Source: an uncultured Enterobacterales bacterium
GTDB taxonomy: Bacteria; Myxococcota_A; UBA796; CAJQPC01
Assembly: GCA_964610645.1 (NCBI GenBank)
Contig: CAZSZE010000012.1
Location: 5,095 to 69,094, forward strand
Direction of reading: 5' to 3'
Length of the DNA: 64,000 bases
The position numbers and the translations under genes are program-made. The notes under the pieces are model-generated. The model was not told where the DNA came from and made no database searches. It saw only the letters and a list, made by a program, of their open reading frames with translations. Below, one piece after another: positions 7,059 through 15,416 of this stretch. Position 1 is the stretch's first letter. Each line of letters begins with the position of its first letter.

Positions 7059-9161
7059 CTAAGGACAGATCGCCTCGGTCACCACCCAGACGTTGTTGTC
7101 CTCGTTGCATTCCTCGAGGACACCCGTGCCGGTGCCGTCGTCGTCGGCGACCAGGCGCATGGTGGCGCCGGTGACCTGGTCCGGGTCGATGGAGAGGCGA
7201 TAGCCGCTGGTGGTCTGGCCGGGCGGGACCGGGTCGGTGGTGATCAGGGTGGCCAGGGTCTGCTCGGTTTCGGCGATCAGGATGTAGATCGACAAGGGAA
7301 TGCCGGCGGGCATCTCCTGGGTGCCGGAGTTGCCCAGGCGCACGATCAACTCCGCCTGGCCGTTTTCGCATTCGTCGGTGCAGACCCCCTCCAGCACCGG
7401 GACCGCATCGACCCACAGGCGGTCCACGCCGTTGCTCAAGCTGGCGCTGCGGAAGGAGTTGTACGTGGGCCAATTGGCGGGCATCGGCGAGGGGATGGCG
7501 AGGTTCTCGTCGATGTTGGTGATGCTGTAGGCATGCTGGTTCCACACGGGCCGGGCGGGCCGCCAGTTGTGGTCGGCGCTGCCGAGGGCGAACACCCCCC
7601 AGTGCTCTGTTTCGCCGTGGCCGCCCCCGTTCACCACCAGCACCTCGGCCTCGCCGTCTCCATCCACGTCCGCCACCACCGGGTACTCGTGCAGGGTGCG
7701 GGAGGTGTGGCTGTCGGTGAAATAGCGCACGGTGCCCGTGGCGCCGTCGAAAATCCAGAGGGCGGTCTCATCGCCGTAGAGGATCTCCGCGCTGCCGTCT
7801 CCATCGAAATCAAAGACCGAGGATCCCGTGGCATGGGAGGAGTCGTCCTCCACCGGGTGGCTCCAAAGTACCGTGCCGTCCGCCTCGTAGACCGCGTAGT
7901 GGCTGGCGTTTGCCACGCCGATCTCCACCTCTCCGTCCCCGTCCATGTCGGCCAGGGTCGGGGGGCCTCCATTGCCTGTGCCCGTCAAGGCAAAGGTGGA
8001 CCGCAGGCTGCAGCTGGCATCGAAGATGTTCACCCGCCCATCCCCCACAGAGACCACGTCACCCTGCCCGTCTCCATCCAGGTCGGCGACTCCCGGAAAC
8101 CCGTCCTCCTCGTCTTCGAGGACGCAGACCCGGTTGCCCTGGGCATCGTGGATCGACCGGCCGGTCACAATCTCCTGTTGCCCGTCCCCATTCAGGTCAG
8201 CGGGGAAGGAGTGGTAGCCGATTTCCGGATAGGCCATGAAGGTCCCGACGCCGTCGAGCAGTTGGGTCACCAGGGCACCGGTAGCCCCATCGATCACCAG
8301 GTTGCCCAGGATCACCTCCACCGAGCCATCGCCCTCCAGGTCTCCCAGAGCGGGGGCGTGGCCGCCGCAGGCGATCTCCACGTCGTCCAGGGCCCACTCA
8401 AACTGCCCGTCATGGGTGAATGCCACCACCCGGCAAGGGCTCTCGTGGGCATCTCGCACTGGGTTTTCCCCCGAGTCCCCGCCGGTGTCGTCCATGGGCC
8501 CCGCCGAGTCTCCTCCGCTGTCCGGCAGGGGCTCGCCGGTGTCCTCCGGGGGGTCCGGGTCATCGGGTCCGCCCTGGTACAAGCGTCCGGCCACCATCAC
8601 GATCTCCGGCAACCCGTCGTCGTCGATGTCCCCAATGGCCACGTTTGTGTACTGGTAGGGGTGGTAGTCGGTGTGTTCGTGGGTGATGTGGTTCACGGTC
8701 AGGTGCACCCCCGTGCCCCGGCCGTCCAGGATGCGCAGCACCCCGTGGAAGTTCCCGGCGTTTGCGCCCTTGTCGGTCACGATCACGATGTCCGGCACGT
8801 CGGCTGCGTCGATGGAGCCGTCGCCGTTGTCGTCGGTGAGTTGTCCCACCACCGGCGTCATGAGGGTTTCCCGGTATTCCGGGTACTCAAATGACTCAAA
8901 GTCGGTCATGGACCATTCGACCACCACTTCCAGGTCCGGCCGGCCGCCGGCCCGGCAGCTCTCGTCAAGGGCCACGCGGCTTGGCGCCTCCGTGGCCTGC
9001 GCATCGCAGAGGTCCAGCGCCAGGAGCTCCAGGCTTGTGGCGCTGGCGTGGTGGTCCTCCCCTCCCTCGGCGTCATCAGCCTTGTTGTTGAAAAAGTAGT
9101 CAGAGCACCCCATCGACCCAAAGAGGGCCAACCAGACAGAGAAGTGCATCGGACGCAACAT
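7059..9161 (-). CDS. FG-GAP/VCBS repeat beta-propeller lipoprotein (paralog B)
   Basis: Signal peptide plus lipobox (MHFSVWLALFGSMGC). Blades: DDNGDGSID, DIDDDGLPE, LEGDGSVE, DLNGDGQQE, DLDGDGQGD, DMDGDGEVE, DFDGDGSAE, DVDGDGEAE. It has a WNQHAYSITNI motif, and the C-terminus ends LEECNEDNN...C. Confidence 0.8.
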   Translation of the reverse strand: MLRPMHFSVWLALFGSMGCSDYFFNNKADDAEGGEDHHASATSLELLALDLCDAQATEAPSRVALDESCRAGGRPDLEVVVEWSMTDFESFEYPEYRETLMTPVVGQLTDDNGDGSIDAADVPDIVIVTDKGANAGNFHGVLRILDGRGTGVHLTVNHITHEHTDYHPYQYTNVAIGDIDDDGLPEIVMVAGRLYQGGPDDPDPPEDTGEPLPDSGGDSAGPMDDTGGDSGENPVRDAHESPCRVVAFTHDGQFEWALDDVEIACGGHAPALGDLEGDGSVEVILGNLVIDGATGALVTQLLDGVGTFMAYPEIGYHSFPADLNGDGQQEIVTGRSIHDAQGNRVCVLEDEEDGFPGVADLDGDGQGDVVSVGDGRVNIFDASCSLRSTFALTGTGNGGPPTLADMDGDGEVEIGVANASHYAVYEADGTVLWSHPVEDDSSHATGSSVFDFDGDGSAEILYGDETALWIFDGATGTVRYFTDSHTSRTLHEYPVVADVDGDGEAEVLVVNGGGHGETEHWGVFALGSADHNWRPARPVWNQHAYSITNIDENLAIPSPMPANWPTYNSFRSASLSNGVDRLWVDAVPVLEGVCTDECENGQAELIVRLGNSGTQEMPAGIPLSIYILIAETEQTLATLITTDPVPPGQTTSGYRLSIDPDQVTGATMRLVADDDGTGTGVLEECNEDNNVWVVTEAICP

Positions 9162-9366
9162 GGCTCACCGTGTGCCAGGGGGAGTATACCCGCTGACAGC
9201 GCGGAATTAGGAGGATGTAGTGCATTGTTCCCGTCGACTGGCTTGCCCACGCAATCCCAGGCACTTCCGCTCGTCGGTCACATGTCCAGACATGTTCCCT
9301 CCTCCCGAAAGCACCTGTAATCACGTGTGCGGCGCCATTCTCGGTCCGCAATGAACTACAGCGCTC

Positions 9367-10512
9367 CTAACAGCAACCCGAGCTGTTTTCAGCAGGCACG
9401 ATCACCCGGCTGCCCTTGGTCTCCCCTGGGTGCCGGAGGGTGTCACGATCGCAGGCGAAAAGGGCTTGTTCCGGCTCGGGGATTTCCTGCGCGGGGGCCA
9501 GGGCCACGAAATGTGGCTGGTAGGGGTCCGCGGTGAGCATGCGGAAGGTCCGTCCACAGACCGCGGTTCGGGCCCCTCGTTCGTAGCGGTGGTTGTCGTC
9601 GTCTTCTACTGCTGAAAACGGTCCCCGGTACACGACCGCGTGGCCTCCCTCCAGGCAGGGGGTGTCTTCTCCCTTGATGGCCGTGAAGGTGATGGAACGG
9701 AACTCGATGCCGTCTCTCTCCGCAAAGGGCTCCTCCGCCCAGTCCGCCACGGTGATGCCCTGGAAGCCGGTTTCGGTCAGCGTGGAGAACAAGTCCCTCT
9801 CCTCGAAGGCTCCCGATATGCAGCCGCTCCAAAGCACCGGGTCGGCCTTGAGGGCTGCGGGCACGGGCTCATCGGACACGATGTCTGAAATGGCGATCCG
9901 GCCGCCGGGCTTGAGCACCCGGAAGATCTCCTGGATCATCTGGGCCTTGTCGGCGTCCCGAACCAGGTTCAGCACGCAGTTCGAGACCACGAGGTCGACC
10001 GAGTTGTCGGGGATCATGGGCTGCGAATGGCGAAGGTGATCCCGGTGGGATTCCATTCGGGCGAGGGAGAGCGCGTCGGTGACGGGGTTTTCTGCGAGCC
10101 AGGACTCCAGCACGTCCAAGTCCAGGGCCAGGTCCTGAATGCGTCCGTGGTGGAAGGCGATGTTGTCGAAGTCAATGCGGCCGGCGACGGTGGGCTGGTG
10201 CTCTCTGGCCAGGGCCAGCATGTCGGCGTTCATGTCCACTCCGATGACCCGGCCCGTGGCCCCCACGACCTGGGCCGCCATAAAGCAGATCTTCCCGCCG
10301 CCGGCACCGAGGTCCAGCACCGTGTCGCCGGGGCGGGCCCAGCGGGAGGGGTCTCCGCAGCCATAGTCTCGCTCGATGATCTCGTCGGGAATCACCGCCA
10401 ACAACGCCCCGTCGTAGTCAATGGGGCAGCAGAGGTTCTCCTCGCGTGACTGGGCTGCCGCCGCATATCGGTCGCGAACGGCCTGCTCTACGGACAGGGA
10501 TGGGGTTTCCAT
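9367..10512 (-). CDS. SAM-dependent methyltransferase, ArsM (arsenite methyltransferase)-like
   Basis: SAM motif I is VLDLGAGGG. Cysteines sit in ArsM-like contexts (N-terminal CC, DYGCGDP, SNCVLNLV, WSGCISGA). An extra ~110 aa C-terminal domain is present. Confidence 0.6.
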   Translation of the reverse strand: METPSLSVEQAVRDRYAAAAQSREENLCCPIDYDGALLAVIPDEIIERDYGCGDPSRWARPGDTVLDLGAGGGKICFMAAQVVGATGRVIGVDMNADMLALAREHQPTVAGRIDFDNIAFHHGRIQDLALDLDVLESWLAENPVTDALSLARMESHRDHLRHSQPMIPDNSVDLVVSNCVLNLVRDADKAQMIQEIFRVLKPGGRIAISDIVSDEPVPAALKADPVLWSGCISGAFEERDLFSTLTETGFQGITVADWAEEPFAERDGIEFRSITFTAIKGEDTPCLEGGHAVVYRGPFSAVEDDDNHRYERGARTAVCGRTFRMLTADPYQPHFVALAPAQEIPEPEQALFACDRDTLRHPGETKGSRVIVPAENSSGCC

Positions 10513-10601
10513 GGGTGCCTCCAGAGGTCCAGTTTAACCGGTGCTTCCCTGGAGACGCAGGCCGAATGCGATAGGCTCGACTCCAAGGACAAGGAGACGC
10601 C

Positions 10602-12050
10602 ATGGGCCAGTCTGCGCCAGACCTTCTGTATGGAATCGAGGATGTTCCCCCCACCGGGGAATGCTTGGTTCTCGGTTTCCAGCACTACCTGACCATGTTT
10701 GGATCCACCGTGGCGATTCCGCTGATTCTCGCCGGACCCCTGGGGATCGACGCGGCGACGCCCGAGGGGGCCCGGGACCTGGGTTTCCTGATCGCCACGA
10801 TGTTCTTTGTGTCGGGCATCACCACCATGCTGCAGACCACCTGGGGAAACCGCCTGCCGATCATCCAGGGCGGGACGTTCTCCTTCCTGACACCGGCCAT
10901 CACGATCTGCGGCCTGGCGGGCGTGGCGGAGATGGGGTTCGAGTTCAAGATGCAGCATGTCCAGGGGGCCATTATCGCGGGCTCCCTGGTGGAAATCGCA
11001 GTGGGTGCCACGGGGCTTGTGGGCCGTATGCTGCGCTTTGTGGGGCCGATCACCATCGCCCCCACCATTGCCTTGATCGGGCTGTCCCTGTTCAAGTTCG
11101 GGGCCCCCGTGGCAGGCACCCACTGGCCCATCGGCGGCCTGACCATTGGCCTCATCATCCTGTTTTCCCAGTACCTGCGCACCCGCGCCCGTGCCTTTGA
11201 GCTCTACCCGATCCTCATGGCCATCGTGGGGGCCTGGATTGTGGCTGGGATCTGCACGGCCACCGGTGTGTTCCAGGAGGGCCACCCGGCCTTCACCAGC
11301 ATGAAGAACCTGGAAAACGCACCCTGGTTCCGCGTGCCCATGCCCTTCCAGTGGGGCATGCCCCAGTTTGGTGTGGCAGCTTTCGTGGGCATGTTGGCCG
11401 GGTACATCGCCTCCATGGTGGAGTCCGTCGGCGACTACTACGCCTGCGCTCGCCTCTCCGGCGCCCCCATTCCCGACCAGCGGACCATCAACCGCGGCAT
11501 CACCTTTGAAGGCATCGGCTGTCTCGTGGCGGGGATTTTTGGCACCGGAAACGGCACCACCAGCTACAGCGAGAACATCGGGGCCATCGGCCTCACCCGG
11601 GTGGGGTCGCGCAAGGTGGTGCAGGCCGGGGCGCTGATCATGATTGTCCTCGGGATGGTGTCCAAGTTTGGGGCCCTGTTCACCACCATTCCCCAGCCCA
11701 TCGTGGGGGGAATGTACTGCGCCATGTTCGGCATGATCGCGGCTGTGGGCTTGTCGAACCTGCAGTTCGTGAACCTCAACAGCGCCCGCAACCTGTTCAT
11801 CCTCGGGTTTGCCTTCTTTATGGGGTTGTCTGTGCCGGAGTACTTCAGCGCCAACCCGGTGGTGTTTGAGCCCGCATGGCTGGCCACCATCGTGAATACG
11901 CTTGGCAGCACGGGCATGGCGGTCGGTGCGTTCACGGCCTTGTTCCTGGACAACACCATCGCTGGAACTGACGAGGAACGGGGCCTGGTGGCCTGGTCGG
12001 CACCGCCTGAGGACGGCGCGGAAGACACGGCACCGCTCGCGAGCCAGTAG
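10602..12050 (+). CDS. Nucleobase:cation symporter-2 (NCS2/xanthine-uracil-vitamin C permease) family transporter
   Basis: 482 aa and polytopic. The N-terminal LGFQHYLTMFGSTVAIPL and later SYSENIGAIGLT(R/K)VGSR motifs are typical of NCS2/SLC23-type permeases. Confidence 0.85.
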   Translation: MGQSAPDLLYGIEDVPPTGECLVLGFQHYLTMFGSTVAIPLILAGPLGIDAATPEGARDLGFLIATMFFVSGITTMLQTTWGNRLPIIQGGTFSFLTPAITICGLAGVAEMGFEFKMQHVQGAIIAGSLVEIAVGATGLVGRMLRFVGPITIAPTIALIGLSLFKFGAPVAGTHWPIGGLTIGLIILFSQYLRTRARAFELYPILMAIVGAWIVAGICTATGVFQEGHPAFTSMKNLENAPWFRVPMPFQWGMPQFGVAAFVGMLAGYIASMVESVGDYYACARLSGAPIPDQRTINRGITFEGIGCLVAGIFGTGNGTTSYSENIGAIGLTRVGSRKVVQAGALIMIVLGMVSKFGALFTTIPQPIVGGMYCAMFGMIAAVGLSNLQFVNLNSARNLFILGFAFFMGLSVPEYFSANPVVFEPAWLATIVNTLGSTGMAVGAFTALFLDNTIAGTDEERGLVAWSAPPEDGAEDTAPLASQ

Positions 12051-12056
12051 GCGGTT

Positions 12057-12167
12057 CTACTCGCAGTACTCGGTCAGCTCGAAATAGGCGCGGCCGTCCG
12101 TGCTGTCGTCCGTGTCGTCCGAGGCGCCGGTGCAGGCCGCCAGAAGCAGGCCAACCGCGGTGATCAC
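12057..12167 (-). CDS. Possible 36-aa mini-lipoprotein ORF (not in ORF track)
   Basis: The GTG at 12167 overlaps the upstream TGA (GTGA). Translation is VITAVGLLLAACTGASDDTDDSTDGRAYFELTEYCE-stop (TAG at 12057-12059), with a lipobox-like LLAAC. There is no basic n-region and the ORF is very short, so confidence is low. Confidence 0.25.
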   Translation of the reverse strand: MITAVGLLLAACTGASDDTDDSTDGRAYFELTEYCE

Positions 12168-13270
12168 TCTTCGACTTCCGCAAAAACGCAGGCCGTGGCG
12201 GAGAAGTTCAGGGCTGCAACATCAGATTCCGTGAGAAGCTCCCACTCCTGGCTGGTGTAGATCGCGTTCCAGCCCGGTCGGATGTTGGATCCCAGGGCCA
12301 TGATCGCCATGCCGAAATCGTAGAAGGCCGGCACCCAGGCCAGCCCGACCGTCTCACCGCCCAGGCAGGCCCAGCCGAGTCTCGTGTCCCCGGCATCCGG
12401 GCCGGCGGGGGTGGAGTCGTCCATGTAGAGGGTGGGAAACTCCAGGCCCATCTCGAGTCCGGGCTCCGCCTCGAACAACCGGTCCGCAGCCGGCGCTCCC
12501 TCGAGGGAAAAGGAGAGGTCTCCGGTGACTTCCTCGTCCAGAGGTCGATTGGCGATCGGAGAGCCGGTGACGATCTCCAGGAGGGCAAAGGTCGCCATGC
12601 GGGCCCCCGCTGGCAAGGGGGAGGTGCTGTCGTAGGTCCCGCCGAAGGAGAACGACTCCCGCAGGCTGAACACGGTGAGGTCGGCCCCAGCACTTGGAAT
12701 GCTGATGGTCGGGTCGGTTCCCCCAGCGAAGTCCGCCGTCATCACCAACCAGGTGTCCAGGGTGTTCCCGGTGTCGGAGGTGTCCTGGTAGACCAGCAGA
12801 TCGTTGGAGGCGCCCATCACTGTGTCCCCGTCTGACCAATCGTCGCTGCTGTCCACATCGTTGTAGGCCATCAAGAGCACGACAGCCCCGGTTCCGCCGT
12901 CGTCAAAGTCGCCGATCATGCTGTCGTCCAGGGCGGAAATCTCGATTTCAACCGTGTCGCTATCGGCCTCCACTGTGGCCACCTCGCCATTGATTTCCAG
13001 GTCATCGCTGCCCGTCTCGAGGGCGAAGGCCCCGACATTCCAGCCGGACTCTGGGGCAGCATCCAGGCGCACCTCCAGGCTCACGCTGGAGCGATCCGTG
13101 TCGGCGTCTGAGTCAGCGTCCGCATCGGCATCGGCATCCGCATCCGCATCGGCATCCGCATCCGCATCGGTGTCGGCATCGGCTTCACCGGTGTCGTCCG
13201 TGTCGATCTTGCCGTCGGTACAGGAAAGGGGAGCCAAGCCCAGAAAGGCGAGGAGAATCAGGGAACGCAT
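12164..13270 (-). CDS. Acidic lipoprotein with (Asp-Ala)n low-complexity linker; function unknown
   Basis: MRSLILLAFLGLAPLSC is a signal peptide plus lipobox. It is followed by DTDDTGEADADTDADADADADADADADADADSDADTD. A GGAGG Shine-Dalgarno sequence precedes the ATG at 13270. Confidence 0.7.
   Translation of the reverse strand: MRSLILLAFLGLAPLSCTDGKIDTDDTGEADADTDADADADADADADADADADSDADTDRSSVSLEVRLDAAPESGWNVGAFALETGSDDLEINGEVATVEADSDTVEIEISALDDSMIGDFDDGGTGAVVLLMAYNDVDSSDDWSDGDTVMGASNDLLVYQDTSDTGNTLDTWLVMTADFAGGTDPTISIPSAGADLTVFSLRESFSFGGTYDSTSPLPAGARMATFALLEIVTGSPIANRPLDEEVTGDLSFSLEGAPAADRLFEAEPGLEMGLEFPTLYMDDSTPAGPDAGDTRLGWACLGGETVGLAWVPAFYDFGMAIMALGSNIRPGWNAIYTSQEWELLTESDVAALNFSATACVFAEVEE
13121..13186. 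repeat. Hexanucleotide tandem repeat (SGCATC) ~11 units inside the lipoprotein gene
   Basis: Read directly: cgcatc ggcatc ggcatc cgcatc cgcatc ggcatc cgcatc cgcatc ggtgtc ggcatc ggcttc. It encodes the (DA)n tract on the minus strand. Confidence 0.9.
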
Positions 13271-13291
13271 GGTGCCTCCGGTGCCCGGGAC

Positions 13292-14308
13292 CTATAGGGA
13301 ACGGATTATAGCGAGGTTGCCGTCGTAGAGCCGGCGTAGATCGTCGATTCCATATCGGAGCATCACCATGCGGTCGAATCCCATGCCGAACGCAAACCCG
13401 TTCCACTCGGCGGGATCATGTCCGCAGGCGGTGAGCACGTTGGGGTGGACCATGCCGCAGGGGATGACCTCGATCCAGCCCGTGGACTTGCACACGCTGC
13501 ACCCGCTGCCGGTGCAGAAGATGCACTCGATGTCCAGGTCCAGGCCGGGCTCGACAAAGGGGTAGAACGCTGGGCGGAAGCGGGTGGGGACGGTGCGTCC
13601 CATGAGGCGCTCCACCAGTCCTTCCAGGGTGGCCTTGAGGTGGCCCACGGTGACGTTCCGGTCGATGAACAAACCTTCCACCTGGTTGAAACAGGCCAGG
13701 TGCGTGGCATCGATGGTCTCGTTTCGAAAGCACTTGCCGGGGGCGATGATGCGCAGGGGAGGGGCGTGTTTCTCCAAGGTGCGGATCTGCACCGAGCTGG
13801 TGTGGGTCCGGGGTACCTCGCCGGTGGACAGGTAGAAGGTGTCCCAAACATCCCGGGCTGGGTGGTCCGCGGGGATGTTCAGGGCATCGAAGTTGTGCCA
13901 CTCATCCTCGATTTCCGGACCCGAGGCCACCGAGAAGCCCAGTCCGTGGAAGTGGTCGATCACCTCGGCAAGCAGGCGGGTGATGGGGTGCAGCTTCCCC
14001 GCACCCTGGGACTGGGCCGGCAGAGAGGGATCCAACCAGCCCTGGGCCAGGTTGGCATCTGCTTGGGCGCTCTCCAGGCTCTCCTTGCGCGCTGCGAGCT
14101 GGGCCTCGAGGGCATCTCGCAGGGCGTTGACCTGGCTTCCCCAACCGGCCCGCTCCTCGGGGGGAAGAGCACCGGTCTGCTTCAGCAGAGCCTTGACCTC
14201 TCCCTTCTTGCCCAGGTACGCCACCCGGATTCCATCGAGGGACTCCAGGTCCTCGGCGTTGGCCAGCCGGGCCTCAAACTCCGCTTGAATGGTCTCCAGG
14301 GGCTTCAC
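13292..14308 (-). CDS. pheS: Phenylalanine--tRNA ligase alpha subunit
   Basis: The GTG at 14308 (VKPLETIQAEF) overlaps the upstream stop (GTGA). Class II motifs are present: ADHPARDVWDTFY, GKCFRNETIDATH...FNQVEG, GFAFGMGFDRMVML. The longer track ORF (to 14743) overlaps the upstream gene and is over-extended. Confidence 0.9.
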   Translation of the reverse strand: MKPLETIQAEFEARLANAEDLESLDGIRVAYLGKKGEVKALLKQTGALPPEERAGWGSQVNALRDALEAQLAARKESLESAQADANLAQGWLDPSLPAQSQGAGKLHPITRLLAEVIDHFHGLGFSVASGPEIEDEWHNFDALNIPADHPARDVWDTFYLSTGEVPRTHTSSVQIRTLEKHAPPLRIIAPGKCFRNETIDATHLACFNQVEGLFIDRNVTVGHLKATLEGLVERLMGRTVPTRFRPAFYPFVEPGLDLDIECIFCTGSGCSVCKSTGWIEVIPCGMVHPNVLTACGHDPAEWNGFAFGMGFDRMVMLRYGIDDLRRLYDGNLAIIRSL

Positions 14309-15339
14309 TTTTCGCCCAACTCCCGGTCGATGATCTCTTTGAAGGAGGCATAGGGGAGAGCGCCCGACAGGAAGATCCCATTCACGAAGAACGCCGGGGT
14401 CCCGGTGACCCCGGCCTTTGCGCCGGCTTCCATGTCGGCCATGATCTCCTTCACCTGGGGCTCGGGATCCGCCACGCATGCGCGCCATGTCTCCATTTCC
14501 ACTTCTGCATCGAAGGCGTACTTTTCCAGGTCCATGTCCTGCAACGCGCCTTGGTTGGCCATGAGGATGTCGTGCATGGCCCAGTACTTGTCCTGTGCCC
14601 CAGCACAGTTCGCAGCCACGGCAGCGGGGATGGCGCGATCGTGGAATTGCAGGGGGAAGTCCCGAAACACCACCTGGATCTTGCCCTCGTATTCGGCGAG
14701 CAGTTGCTCCATGACCTCGCCGGCCTTGCCGCAGTAGGGGCACTGGTACTCAGCGAATTCAATGATCGTGATCGGAGCATCTGCCGGGCCCTTGGACGGG
14801 TTGCCAGCCCCGTCCATGGGGATGCGCGGCAGCTCCGGGTAGGGGAGGTCGATGTGGACCTTGTGCTTTTCCATCAGCTCTGTCAGCAGCGCCTGGGCCG
14901 CCTCGCCCCGGGATTGTTGCTGCCAGGCATCCGCCAGCTGGGCGCGGACTGCATCCAGGGGTTGGCCGCCAAAGTGCTGGGCGTACTGGGCGTGGAATGC
15001 GACGAGGTCCTCTTCCTTGGGCTCTCCCACCTGCGCTACTACCTGCTTTTCCAACCAGGGGTCGATTTCCATGCCGGCTGCGGCCGCCTCGGCTTCCAGG
15101 ATGGCGTCGATGATGATTCGGTTGGCCGTCTGCTTCATCAGCTCGTGGCGGTTCTGGATGTACTCGATCTCCAGTTGGCTTAGCTCCGCCTCCGCCGCCT
15201 GGCTTAGATCGCCCAGGGTCAGGGTCCCGCCGCTCCAGGTCACGACCGTGTCCGTGGCGGAAGCCTGGGCGGTGGAGGGCAGCCCCAGCACCTCTGTGGG
15301 ATGGGAACAGGCGGCGAGAAAGAGGAGGATCGAGATCAT
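14305..15339 (-). CDS. DsbA-family thiol:disulfide oxidoreductase lipoprotein with N-terminal chaperone-like region
   Basis: MISILLFLAAC is the lipobox. The thioredoxin-fold active site is EYQCPYCGKA. The C-terminal segment GVTGTPAFFVNG is typical of the DsbA/thioredoxin fold. Confidence 0.8.
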   Translation of the reverse strand: MISILLFLAACSHPTEVLGLPSTAQASATDTVVTWSGGTLTLGDLSQAAEAELSQLEIEYIQNRHELMKQTANRIIIDAILEAEAAAAGMEIDPWLEKQVVAQVGEPKEEDLVAFHAQYAQHFGGQPLDAVRAQLADAWQQQSRGEAAQALLTELMEKHKVHIDLPYPELPRIPMDGAGNPSKGPADAPITIIEFAEYQCPYCGKAGEVMEQLLAEYEGKIQVVFRDFPLQFHDRAIPAAVAANCAGAQDKYWAMHDILMANQGALQDMDLEKYAFDAEVEMETWRACVADPEPQVKEIMADMEAGAKAGVTGTPAFFVNGIFLSGALPYASFKEIIDRELGEK

Positions 15340-15416
15340 GGTGCCGCCGGATCTAACACAACGGAGCCCCAGAGAACCGCATCGCCGCGCTATAAAGCTC
15401 CACGGGAGGCCGTCCT

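Noticed and set aside
6709-9161. A possible diversity-generating retroelement. The four-helix-bundle protein belongs to the same broad family as DGR Avd proteins and sits next to the 3' end of a surface-protein gene.
   Set aside because: There is no reverse transcriptase gene anywhere in the window. I could find no template/variable repeat pair. The orientation is convergent, not the avd-TR-RT layout. The FG-GAP C-terminus is not C-type-lectin-like. Stand-alone members of this family are common.
10925-10945. A tRNA-like T-loop motif (GGTTCGA), here and at ~63255.
   Set aside because: Both occurrences lie inside well-supported coding sequences (the permease and narH). No flanking acceptor or anticodon stem complementarity is present. 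I found no tRNA, rRNA or other structured RNA gene that I can support in the window.
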